The notes beneath the pieces were generated by a model, which was not told the origin of the DNA, searched no databases, and saw nothing but the letters and a program-made list of their open reading frames with translations. The translations under genes and the position numbers were made by a program. 64,000 nucleotides of DNA from Patescibacteria group bacterium (GTDB lineage Bacteria > Patescibacteriota > Minisyncoccia > Phycocordibacterales > CAIZLB01): NCBI GenBank assembly GCA_040386515.1, contig JAZKFG010000002.1, forward strand, positions 79,074 to 143,073, read 5' to 3'. The stretch's first letter is position 1, and each line of letters begins with the position of its first letter. Positions 47,024-55,847 of the stretch are shown here, one piece after another.

Positions 47024-47779
47024 ATGAAAATATTCGTCATCAACCTACGAAGAAGAATGGACAGAAGAATCAGCATGGAAACACAGCTTAATCGGGAAAA
47101 GCTGCCTTTTGAGATTATTCCGGCACTCGAACTTAAAGATATTCAGAAAAGCGACGTGAGTGGTGTATTCAACAAAGGAACCATGTATCAGCCAAACGAA
47201 ATCGCGTGTTCAGCCTCTCATCGATTGATATACGCGCGCATGATTAAGGACAACATTCCAAAGGCTATGATATTCGAGGATGACGTGGTTATGCCTGTTG
47301 ATTTTAGTAATATTGTTGAAGCGTTGGATAATCATACGTATGATGACATTGATTGGCTTCAAGTAGATTATCCCAGCGTTGGATTTGGCTTTATACGACA
47401 ATGGACGAAGGTATACGTAGGGTTTTTTGAATTCAAAATAACCTATATGCTCAAGTTCTTCGTTAAGTTTCCGATTGTGGTTGCAGTATCGCTATACGAG
47501 CAGTTTCTGCTCTGGTTTGTTGGACAAACTTTTCAGTCACGCATTCCAACGGTAGTTCGGTTTTACCGTGACGTGTATTTTGCGAGTTGTTATATAGTGA
47601 CACTAAGCGCAGCAAAGAAGTTGCTTGCAGCCCAGACACCGCTTATGTACACGGCAGACAAGCTCCCAAACATGCTTAAAAAAGAAGGGTTTAAAATGCG
47701 GATTTGCATCCCTCGATTTACGTATCAAGACAATCAGTCGTTCGGCTCAGACCTAACTCCTGTTATTCCTCGTAAGTAA
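47024..47779 (+). CDS. Family 25 glycosyltransferase (LPS/LOS beta-1,4-galactosyltransferase-like), paralog 1
   Basis: MKIFVINLRRRMDRR start characteristic of GT25; about 65% identical to 49616..50362. Confidence 0.6.
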   Translation: MKIFVINLRRRMDRRISMETQLNREKLPFEIIPALELKDIQKSDVSGVFNKGTMYQPNEIACSASHRLIYARMIKDNIPKAMIFEDDVVMPVDFSNIVEALDNHTYDDIDWLQVDYPSVGFGFIRQWTKVYVGFFEFKITYMLKFFVKFPIVVAVSLYEQFLLWFVGQTFQSRIPTVVRFYRDVYFASCYIVTLSAAKKLLAAQTPLMYTADKLPNMLKKEGFKMRICIPRFTYQDNQSFGSDLTPVIPRK

Positions 47780-47781
47780 TA

Positions 47782-48588
47782 TTAGATAACGTTTGAATAA
47801 TCTTTTTCATCGTATATATATCGAAGTCCGAATCCAATATCAAATGACTGGTATCCAAGTTCTGCATAGTGTTTTGCCAAGATCTTGCTTGTCGGTCCTG
47901 TTGAAATTGCAAGCACGACTTTTTTGTCGGCAAGGTTTGAAAGGACGTTGTCAACAGTTGCTATTATATTATGAAGTTTGTCGAAAGAATTTTCCTTTGG
48001 CGTGTCAACGTAGGTTGCTGAGGCAAAGGGTATGGTCGTTTTACGTATCTCTGCATTCGCATCCTCATTCGTTACGAATACCACATGCTTGTCCTGTAAA
48101 AATTCGTTAAAAAACCGGAGCATGAGGTTTCTATAATAAAAGAAGTGCGCATCCGCGTACGCGGCGTCTTTGTTGAACATCTTTCTAAATTCAACCTTAA
48201 GGGGGAGCCAACAAGAAAGCTTGCCGTCTGTCTTCGAAAGTTCCTGATTAGTGTAATTTACAAAAACTGGGATGCTTAGGATATAGGGTGACTCAAGAGT
48301 GTATTCCTTAATAATTTTCCGAAGACCAAGCTCAAGCTCCTTTTCGTGCGGCTGGTAGTGAATGTCTCGACCGTGAAGTAGGCCTATTTCTCCATCCCCG
48401 ATACGGATGATTGATTTGCCTTTTGCTATTTGATCAAAAAGCTCGTGCTCGGAATAAAAGCGCGCGGAATTAGGGTAGGTTTTTTGGGGATAAGCCATTG
48501 CATAGGCGAGTACAAAAGAAGGATACCGTAAAAGGTAGTTTTTGAAAAAATTAACGATTCTCTTAAGGAATGCGATTTTAGAATCCAT
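47782..48588 (-). CDS. DUF1792-like (GT-D type) putative glycosyltransferase, paralog 1
   Basis: Conserved IIRIGDGEIGLLHGRDIHYQ block (DxE-like metal motif); paralog of 51930..52724. Confidence 0.4.
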   Translation of the reverse strand: MDSKIAFLKRIVNFFKNYLLRYPSFVLAYAMAYPQKTYPNSARFYSEHELFDQIAKGKSIIRIGDGEIGLLHGRDIHYQPHEKELELGLRKIIKEYTLESPYILSIPVFVNYTNQELSKTDGKLSCWLPLKVEFRKMFNKDAAYADAHFFYYRNLMLRFFNEFLQDKHVVFVTNEDANAEIRKTTIPFASATYVDTPKENSFDKLHNIIATVDNVLSNLADKKVVLAISTGPTSKILAKHYAELGYQSFDIGFGLRYIYDEKDYSNVI

Positions 48589-48620
48589 GCCAGTAGTATA
48601 GCGTATTTATAAAGTTGTGT

Positions 48621-48668
48621 ATCCTAGATTTTCAGTATATTTCGGATTCTAATATGAAGAGGTTTTAA
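48621..48668. repeat. Conserved ~45-nt intergenic motif (copy 1), CTAGATTTT.A..ATATTTCGGATTCTAATATGAAG.GG.TTT; the second copy is at 53621..53670
   Basis: Near-identical strings seen at both sites, each 35-80 nt upstream of a minus-strand gene start (DUF1792-like and FkbM respectively); likely a shared promoter/operator. Confidence 0.35.
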
Positions 48669-48731
48669 GTTGAAACTCTATATGTTGATACGACTTTTCT
48701 ATGTTATAATAAGAAAATAAATATACCGATT

Positions 48732-49619
48732 ATGACCCTATTCATCAAGAACTTCTTTAAAAAACACTTTTTCTACCTCTACAAGGCTATTCGAAGTGTC
48801 TTATTTCCAATATATAAACTGTATCAAAAGCTGTCATTAAAGAAATTTACTGAAACAGTATTATTTGATTTTAACTATGCCGATATTGGCTTTAAAATTT
48901 TTCTAAATCCGAAGAACGGATTTATCGATAAGGAGATTTTTTGGAAGGGTGTGTATGAAGAAGATTTTCTGGATTTTTTAAAGCAAGAGATTCACTCTGA
49001 AGATGTATATATTGATATCGGAGCAAATATTGGCCAGCACGCATTGTTTGTATCGCGTATTGTAAAGCGAGGACTTGTATATGCTTTTGAACCGAATCCT
49101 GCCATATATGATCAGTTTACTAAAAGCATAGAGGCAAATGGCATTAAAAATATTCAGCAATATAATATTGGCCTAGGTGCAGAAAAATCAGAGCAAAAGC
49201 TATTTTTGAATACTGAAAATATAGGAGGCTCATCACAGCTGCAGTACAAAGATGCAATGAGTGAAATCACAATGCATATTGAAAAAGGTGATGATATCTT
49301 AGGTCCTATTTGCAGCAAAGTTGATTTTATAAAAATAGATGTAGAAGGTTTTGAATATGAGGCACTTGTTGGTTTGACTGAAACTATTAAAAAATATAAG
49401 CCAAAAATGCTTATTGAGTTTACTCCTGTTTTCTATAATAAAAAGAATTCACAAGATGCTCAGCATATTTTGGATTTTCTTCTTGCACACGGATATAGTT
49501 TTAGAGACTTGGAAGCAGCACATAGTTCGACTGTATATAAGACAAAAGAGGAAATGACAGCATGGCTGACTTCAATGACAAAAGATCAAACAAATATATT
49601 TTGTTTTAATGCAATATGA
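48732..49619 (+). CDS. FkbM-family SAM-dependent methyltransferase, paralog 1
   Basis: DIGANIGQHALF..VYAFEPNP motif set of MT FkbM. Confidence 0.65.
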   Translation: MTLFIKNFFKKHFFYLYKAIRSVLFPIYKLYQKLSLKKFTETVLFDFNYADIGFKIFLNPKNGFIDKEIFWKGVYEEDFLDFLKQEIHSEDVYIDIGANIGQHALFVSRIVKRGLVYAFEPNPAIYDQFTKSIEANGIKNIQQYNIGLGAEKSEQKLFLNTENIGGSSQLQYKDAMSEITMHIEKGDDILGPICSKVDFIKIDVEGFEYEALVGLTETIKKYKPKMLIEFTPVFYNKKNSQDAQHILDFLLAHGYSFRDLEAAHSSTVYKTKEEMTAWLTSMTKDQTNIFCFNAI

Positions 49620-50362
49620 AAATCTTTGTAATTAATTTAAAAAGTAGAACTGACCGAAGAAGCAACATGGAAAATCAGTTGCGAAGGGAAAAGTTGGCAT
49701 ATGAAATCGTAGAGGCAACTGAACCGAGTGATATTCCTCGAGGTGAAATACACGACGTATACAGTAGAGGGAGCATGTACCAGCCTAATGAAATCGCATG
49801 TTCTGCCTCACATAGATCTATATATGCTCGTATGATGCGCGAGAATATTGAAAAGGCTATGATTTTCGAAGATAATGTGGTGATTCCCGTTAACTTCAGT
49901 AAAGTATTTGAAGCATTGGACAAGAGAAAATATAATGATATTGATTGGCTTCAAATAGATTATCCAAGTTCAGGCTTTGGATTTATTCGACAATGGCTTA
50001 AAACATATGGTGACTTTTTTGATTTGAAAATAAAGTATATTGCTAAGTTTTTTATAATATTCCCTGCAGTTGTAGTACTTGCATTGTACGAGCAAATTCT
50101 CCTGTGGTTTGTCGCTAATACTGTTCAATCAAGAGTTCCAACAGTTGTTCGATTCTATAGAGATGTGTACTCAGCAAGCTGCTATATAGTTACTAAGCAA
50201 GCCGCAGAGAAATTATATAAGGCACAAACTCCACTCACATATACTGCAGACAAATTGCCGAACACGCTAAAGAAAGATGGTTTTGTTATTCGAATTTGTA
50301 TACCTCGATTTGTATATCAGAATAATGAAGCATTTGGATCAAACCTTGCGCCAAGAGATTAG
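49616..50362 (+). CDS. Family 25 glycosyltransferase, paralog 2 (ATGA overlap with the upstream gene)
   Basis: MKIFVINLKSRTDRR; collinear similarity with 47024..47779. Confidence 0.6.
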   Translation: MKIFVINLKSRTDRRSNMENQLRREKLAYEIVEATEPSDIPRGEIHDVYSRGSMYQPNEIACSASHRSIYARMMRENIEKAMIFEDNVVIPVNFSKVFEALDKRKYNDIDWLQIDYPSSGFGFIRQWLKTYGDFFDLKIKYIAKFFIIFPAVVVLALYEQILLWFVANTVQSRVPTVVRFYRDVYSASCYIVTKQAAEKLYKAQTPLTYTADKLPNTLKKDGFVIRICIPRFVYQNNEAFGSNLAPRD

Positions 50363-51129
50363 TACGTAATATTGTTCTTTATTTTCTCTTTCAGCTTCTT
50401 TGGAAGAGTCTTTAATATGATGGCTTTAATCTGAAGATAGAAGGGGATTTTATACAGAGCTTTTTTATACCATGGAATCCATGAGCTATTTCCAAGATGA
50501 TATGAATATGTATCGTCGTTAAAATCTTCCGGATTCAGCGGGTAAAAATATTCCTGAGGAAATATGTGAATATTATTTTTTGCATAAAAGTCTGCATCAG
50601 CTGCAATTTCTGCATTTAACAAATCAGACAAGATTTTGTTAATGATAATATACTCCATCGGCTTATCTTTTTGTGTTTCAAATGCAGCATAAAACTGTAT
50701 AATCTTTTGCATAATAGAGCTACCCATTGCAGTACCTACATATTGAAAGCCAAAGTATGTCGTAACTTCATGGAAATATGCAGTAAAGAATGCATATTGT
50801 AAAAAACTTTCAGGAATATCCCTAATAAGCACTTGATCGGTGTCAAAATAAAATCCTCCATATCTATATAGTATATGAACCCTAAGTACATCTGACGCGA
50901 AAGCCCATTTCTTATCTGCAATGGCTCTATGATAATAATCTGGCAAATCAAATTCTTCTGCATCTTTTTCATTCCACTCACGTATCTCAAATCCTTTGCC
51001 ATGAGTTTTCCAGCCTTCTAATACACTATCAAAAGATTTTGGTTTATCATTTGGTCCAAGCCATATATAATGTATAATTTTTGGAATCATAAAATATGCG
51101 CAAATTAATTTCTTCGAAGAATTGCCCAC
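50359..51129 (-). CDS. GT32-type glycosyltransferase (Gly_transf_sug, DXD), paralog 1
   Basis: IPKIIHYIWLG N-terminal signature; an FDTDQ DxD-like motif. Confidence 0.6.
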   Translation of the reverse strand: MGNSSKKLICAYFMIPKIIHYIWLGPNDKPKSFDSVLEGWKTHGKGFEIREWNEKDAEEFDLPDYYHRAIADKKWAFASDVLRVHILYRYGGFYFDTDQVLIRDIPESFLQYAFFTAYFHEVTTYFGFQYVGTAMGSSIMQKIIQFYAAFETQKDKPMEYIIINKILSDLLNAEIAADADFYAKNNIHIFPQEYFYPLNPEDFNDDTYSYHLGNSSWIPWYKKALYKIPFYLQIKAIILKTLPKKLKEKIKNNITY

Positions 51130-51920
51130 TCTTGATTTTGTATTCCTCGCTCTCGCAATAGGGTATATACATGCTGTGGATTCGATATATTTCGAAGGAA
51201 TGAAAAATCTATAGGGTTGGCCATTTTAAATTGAACAATTTCAATACTATGAGTATCCTTAAAATAAGAATTAACAGCTTCTTTGCAACCAGGCACTAAT
51301 TCATCATGCAATTCGATAATACCATATGCAATTTTTGAAAATAGATTTTTGTCTGCTATATCAAGTATTGTTTTTTCAGCACCTTCGCAATCACAAATAA
51401 GCAATGTGTTATCTTTGATTTCGGGAACAATATTAGTATTGTTTGCTTCACTCTGTATTGAAAGGGGATTTGTTAAACCATTAAGTGTATACATTTCCTG
51501 TGTAAGCTTTCGTCCTTGCTCATCCATTTCAAATGCTGAGATAGAAGCATTGGGAAATATTCTTCCAAAACCAGTTGTGTAATATCCTTCAGCACTTCCG
51601 ATATCGAGTATGTGTTGAATGTTAAGCTTTTTAACTTCCTCTACGTACGGAATAAGTACTGCCTCATAGTAACCAGCAAGCTTATGTACAAATGAAGAAC
51701 CAACAGCTGACGTAACATATTTTAATCCTTTAAACGGACCTTCAATAACCACATAGCCGCTTTGTGCAAGGAGCTGCGTTGTATATTGTTCAATCACTGC
51801 ATTATCGTTGTTGTTGAAAAGCGGAGCACCGTGCTTAATATATGCAGCTCGAACTTTGTCGAAAGCTTTTTTAGGTAAAATTGAATGTAATATGTTTTTT
51901 ATTGTTGTTCGTGCGTTCAT
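51105..51920 (-). CDS. Class I SAM-dependent methyltransferase
   Basis: ILDIGSAEGYYT (motif I) and the acidic FEMDE (motif II). Confidence 0.5.
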   Translation of the reverse strand: MNARTTIKNILHSILPKKAFDKVRAAYIKHGAPLFNNNDNAVIEQYTTQLLAQSGYVVIEGPFKGLKYVTSAVGSSFVHKLAGYYEAVLIPYVEEVKKLNIQHILDIGSAEGYYTTGFGRIFPNASISAFEMDEQGRKLTQEMYTLNGLTNPLSIQSEANNTNIVPEIKDNTLLICDCEGAEKTILDIADKNLFSKIAYGIIELHDELVPGCKEAVNSYFKDTHSIEIVQFKMANPIDFSFLRNISNPQHVYTLLRERGIQNQEWAILRRN

Positions 51921-51929
51921 ATATGTGTT

Positions 51930-52724
51930 TTAAATAACGTCTGAATAATCTTTTTGATCATATAAATATCTAAGACCAAATCCTATGTCAAATGACTGAT
52001 ACCCAAGATCTGCGTAATGCTTAGCTAAAATCTTGCTTGTTGGGCCAGTTGATATGGCAAGCACTACATTTTTATCAGCATATGTCTTAAGAGTCTCGTC
52101 AACACTGACTATTATATCATGAAGTTTAGCAAAAGAATTTTCCTTTGGAGTGTGTACATAGTGAGCAGAAGCAAAGGGAATTGAAGTAGATTTGATTTGA
52201 GTATTAGTCTCTTCATTTGAAATAAAGACTACATGCTTGTTTTGCAAGAACTGGGCAAAGAACTTAAGCATAAGCTCTCTGTAATAAAAATAGTGAGCGT
52301 CCGCATATGAAGCGGTTTTATTGAACATTCTTCTGAATTCAACTTTGAGTGGAAGCCAACATGAAATCTTTCCATTTGTTGTTGAAAGTTCCTGATTAGT
52401 AAAATTTACAAAAACAGGAATACTCAATATATATGGTGAGGTAGGGGAATAGTTTTTTATAATATCTTTTAATCCTTGCTCAAGTTCAGGTGAATGTACT
52501 TGATAGTGAATATCTCTACCGTGCAATAATCCTATTTCACCATCTCCAATTCGTATAATTGATTTGCCTTCTGTTATTGCTGCAAAAAACTCTTGCTCAG
52601 TATAAAAGCGCGCCTTATTTTTATAATTCTTTTGAAAATATCCAAGTGCATATAAAAGTACAAAAAAAGGATCCTTGAGAAAATGGTGTTTGAAGAATTT
52701 AATAACTTTTTTTATGAATGCCAT
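51930..52724 (-). CDS. DUF1792-like (GT-D type) putative glycosyltransferase, paralog 2
   Basis: IIRIGDGEIGLLHGRDIHYQ is identical to the block in 47782..48588. Confidence 0.4.
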   Translation of the reverse strand: MAFIKKVIKFFKHHFLKDPFFVLLYALGYFQKNYKNKARFYTEQEFFAAITEGKSIIRIGDGEIGLLHGRDIHYQVHSPELEQGLKDIIKNYSPTSPYILSIPVFVNFTNQELSTTNGKISCWLPLKVEFRRMFNKTASYADAHYFYYRELMLKFFAQFLQNKHVVFISNEETNTQIKSTSIPFASAHYVHTPKENSFAKLHDIIVSVDETLKTYADKNVVLAISTGPTSKILAKHYADLGYQSFDIGFGLRYLYDQKDYSDVI

Positions 52725-52727
52725 ATA

Positions 52728-53591
52728 CTATAGACAGAGAATATTTGTTTGAATTGGTGTAGATTCTAGAAATGCTTGAATAGTGTCTTTAGTGATTTCT
52801 TTTTTATTTTGATCAATATCATATATTCGATATCCAAGATCGAGTATGAATGTCAATAACTCCTCGCTGCTAATATTCATTTTCTTATAGAAAAGAGGTG
52901 TAAATTCTATAAGCATTTTTGGATGATATGTTGCAATATTTTTTTTCATGCCTTGCAGCGCATAATACTCATAGCCCTCAACATCCATTTTCATAAAATC
53001 AATTCGATCTGATTCATTCCAGAAATCATCAAACACTTTCACTTCTGCTCGCTCTACTGAAGTGGCCTCGTCTCGCTTGTCGAAGGTTGTTCTTCCGATG
53101 TTGAGGTTGTCCAAGTATATTTCCTTTACTTCATTCTTATTTGATAGACCAAAGTTGCACACGGTAACATTGGTAAAATTATTTGCCTGAATACTTTGAT
53201 TGATTTGATTCACAAGTTTTGGCAATGGCTCAAAAGAATATACTTTTCCTTTTTTTGCTATGGCTGCCATACACATAGAGTGTTGCCCAATATTTGCGCC
53301 TATATCTAAACACTTACTATTTTCTTGAACATGTTCTTTTAATATTTCTAATATCTCAGGCTCCCATATGCCATTATTGTAAATGTCTTTATCGATAAGT
53401 CCATTCTCAGGATCAATCATTATCTTGTATGAAATATCTTTGTAGGTAACATCCTTAAGAGTCGGCTTTGTAAAATGCACAAGATTGATATTTTCTTTCT
53501 TATTGAGAAAAATATATTGTCCGTATTTGTATGCTTTGTACACAGCAATATAGAGCGAATGAGGAAGATACTTTTTTAGTGTTGAATTCAT
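52728..53591 (-). CDS. FkbM-family methyltransferase, paralog 2
   Basis: CLDIGANIGQHSM..VYSFEPLP. Confidence 0.65.
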   Translation of the reverse strand: MNSTLKKYLPHSLYIAVYKAYKYGQYIFLNKKENINLVHFTKPTLKDVTYKDISYKIMIDPENGLIDKDIYNNGIWEPEILEILKEHVQENSKCLDIGANIGQHSMCMAAIAKKGKVYSFEPLPKLVNQINQSIQANNFTNVTVCNFGLSNKNEVKEIYLDNLNIGRTTFDKRDEATSVERAEVKVFDDFWNESDRIDFMKMDVEGYEYYALQGMKKNIATYHPKMLIEFTPLFYKKMNISSEELLTFILDLGYRIYDIDQNKKEITKDTIQAFLESTPIQTNILCL

Positions 53592-53620
53592 GACTACATA
53601 ATAGCGTATATATATCCTTA

Positions 53621-53670
53621 ATCCTACCTAGATTTTTAACATATTTCGGATTCTAATATGAAGCGGCTTT
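53621..53670. repeat. Conserved ~45-nt intergenic motif (copy 2)
   Basis: See copy 1 at 48621..48668. Confidence 0.35.
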
Positions 53671-53894
53671 CGGAGTTTTACTTCTCCAATACTGATAAAA
53701 TATGAGGCGCAAATCATAAGTAGGGCAATGCATACCGATATGACTGAGATCTTTCCAAACTTTTCAAATAATCCTGTTGGTATCTGTATTTTCCTTAATG
53801 GCATTTGAAAAATAATGGAAGACTAGAACTGAGCAGGCGGCAAAAAAACTGAGTAAATCGAGTATCGGAAAATAAGTCTTCTTCATAAATGTGT

Positions 53895-55169
53895 TTATAC
53901 TGCCTTAAGTTTTTCTTTGTGTGTTAGTAGTAAATATACCCCAATTGCTCCTACAATAAAGTTTTTCGCAAGTACTGCTATAACTATTCCGAGAATTCCT
54001 AGCTTAAACGTATATACAAAAAGAATATAGAGAAGAATTTGAATAACAGGATCGCCAATATGGTAGAGATAGTTTTTACCCAAATGTTCCTGTGCCAAGA
54101 ATATATACCATACGATTGAAACAGGAGTTAAAATTACTACAGCAAAAAATAGTCTAGATAAAGAGATGGCCTCCATGTATTTTGGGAATAAGTAGCTAAA
54201 GATGAGTGGGGCAGAGAAATAATATACAGCTGTTAATATAGTCATTGCAAAGGTTGATGCAAGCAGAATATATGTAAATTTTTTCTTAAAAGCTCTATTT
54301 CCAATATCGGTATGTACAAAGCGTGGAAGGTAAATATTTGAAATCTGGGAAATGAATCGCTGTGCTTCGGTAGGTATTGTGGTTGCAATCCAATATGAAG
54401 CAAGCGCTGCTGAACCAAAGAATTGAAACAAAATAAGCTTGTCTGCCTGCGTACCAAGAGCAAAGACTATGCCCATTAAACTATAATGTATTGAATTTTT
54501 GAGCAATTCTTTATCGATTGTTGGTTGAGTTGAAGTGTCTTCCAGCTTTTTGTGCAATGAATATATATAGAGCAATTGAATAATTCCAATAATCGTAATA
54601 TTTGAAAAAAGCAAAATATATGAATTTGTAAGCTTTAAAGCAAAAACAAAAAATACAATGCATACAAGGGATGCAACTTTATTTACAATTAAAAACTTTG
54701 AAGAAGATTTGAAATCTTCGCGACCCTGCAAAAACGATGTATACAGACCAGATAACTCAAGAATAGGCATCGAAACTGCAAGAATGGTAAACCCCCAAAA
54801 TAATTCACTATTTCCATTCGCAAAATAGTATGCACCAATTCCAAGACTGGTAAAAACACCGATCAAAGAAAACCAACCCTTATATATAAATGCTCGCTTT
54901 AAAGAATTGAAGCCTTTAGCAATAGATATGGTTAATGCAGAGGTTATACCTGAAAGCATAAGGCTTCCAAGTACTCCATACCAAGAAAAGATATATCTAT
55001 ATACACCTGTTTCATGCTCGTTGATGTTATTGGCAATAATATATGTCACCGCAAGTGTGCACGCAATAGAGATAATATATGCAGAAATATTATAAAAAGA
55101 ATTCTTTATAAGAAACTGCAAATCTATTTTCAAAAACTTATTATTAATATGTGTAATTATTTTTTTCAT
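53895..55169 (-). CDS. Wzx-like oligosaccharide flippase (MOP/PST superfamily)
   Basis: 424 aa, about 12 TM helices, with a charged loop pattern typical of polysaccharide transport (PST) proteins. Confidence 0.65.
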   Translation of the reverse strand: MKKIITHINNKFLKIDLQFLIKNSFYNISAYIISIACTLAVTYIIANNINEHETGVYRYIFSWYGVLGSLMLSGITSALTISIAKGFNSLKRAFIYKGWFSLIGVFTSLGIGAYYFANGNSELFWGFTILAVSMPILELSGLYTSFLQGREDFKSSSKFLIVNKVASLVCIVFFVFALKLTNSYILLFSNITIIGIIQLLYIYSLHKKLEDTSTQPTIDKELLKNSIHYSLMGIVFALGTQADKLILFQFFGSAALASYWIATTIPTEAQRFISQISNIYLPRFVHTDIGNRAFKKKFTYILLASTFAMTILTAVYYFSAPLIFSYLFPKYMEAISLSRLFFAVVILTPVSIVWYIFLAQEHLGKNYLYHIGDPVIQILLYILFVYTFKLGILGIVIAVLAKNFIVGAIGVYLLLTHKEKLKAV

Positions 55170-55822
55170 TTTCCTAAAACAAATTTAATAGCATTCATTA
55201 CGCCAATTCTTCGAGCAAATTTTCTAAGTCTTCGAAAGGGTACCCAGCTTTCCGCCCATAAATTATCCGCGTAGGCATTCTTAAGTTTTTCAGGTGTTCT
55301 TTTTTCTCCGTCAGAACATGGATTGAAGTATGAACTATCATAAATCTTAACGCCTGCAGGTTTTTTATCTTTAAATATTTTGGTAACAATAATAGGGGAT
55401 GTTTCTTCGCGAGTTTGGGATTTGGTTGGATTATTATAATGAGCAAGAATATCTTGTATAAAAGAATCGTGTGCCGCAGCTCCGATTACTCCGCATCCGA
55501 TGTACCCATCTGGCGTATATCCAAAGAATGTTGTATGCAAAAGCTTGTCATCAAAATTCTTCAAGACCAATGTGTCTGTGTCTAAGTATATTCCACCTTC
55601 TTTTTCTAGAACCCAAAATCTAATATAATCAGATACGAATGCCCACAATTTTTGGTCATACATAGCCTTAACATATGCATTGTCCATAGGGCTATTTGTT
55701 TCATCCCATCGAATGATTTCGAAATCAGGCAGTTTTTCTTTCCAACTAGCAAGACACTTTTTGGCCATTTCAGGAAGCTCTTTTCCACCAACCCATACAT
55801 AGTGAATCTTTTTTGGAATCAT
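55166..55822 (-). CDS. GT32-type glycosyltransferase, paralog 2
   Basis: MIPKKIHYVWVGG..IYLDTDT (DxD). Confidence 0.6.
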   Translation of the reverse strand: MIPKKIHYVWVGGKELPEMAKKCLASWKEKLPDFEIIRWDETNSPMDNAYVKAMYDQKLWAFVSDYIRFWVLEKEGGIYLDTDTLVLKNFDDKLLHTTFFGYTPDGYIGCGVIGAAAHDSFIQDILAHYNNPTKSQTREETSPIIVTKIFKDKKPAGVKIYDSSYFNPCSDGEKRTPEKLKNAYADNLWAESWVPFRRLRKFARRIGVMNAIKFVLGK

Positions 55823-55847
55823 ACTTATCTATGCTACCATAGTCTGT

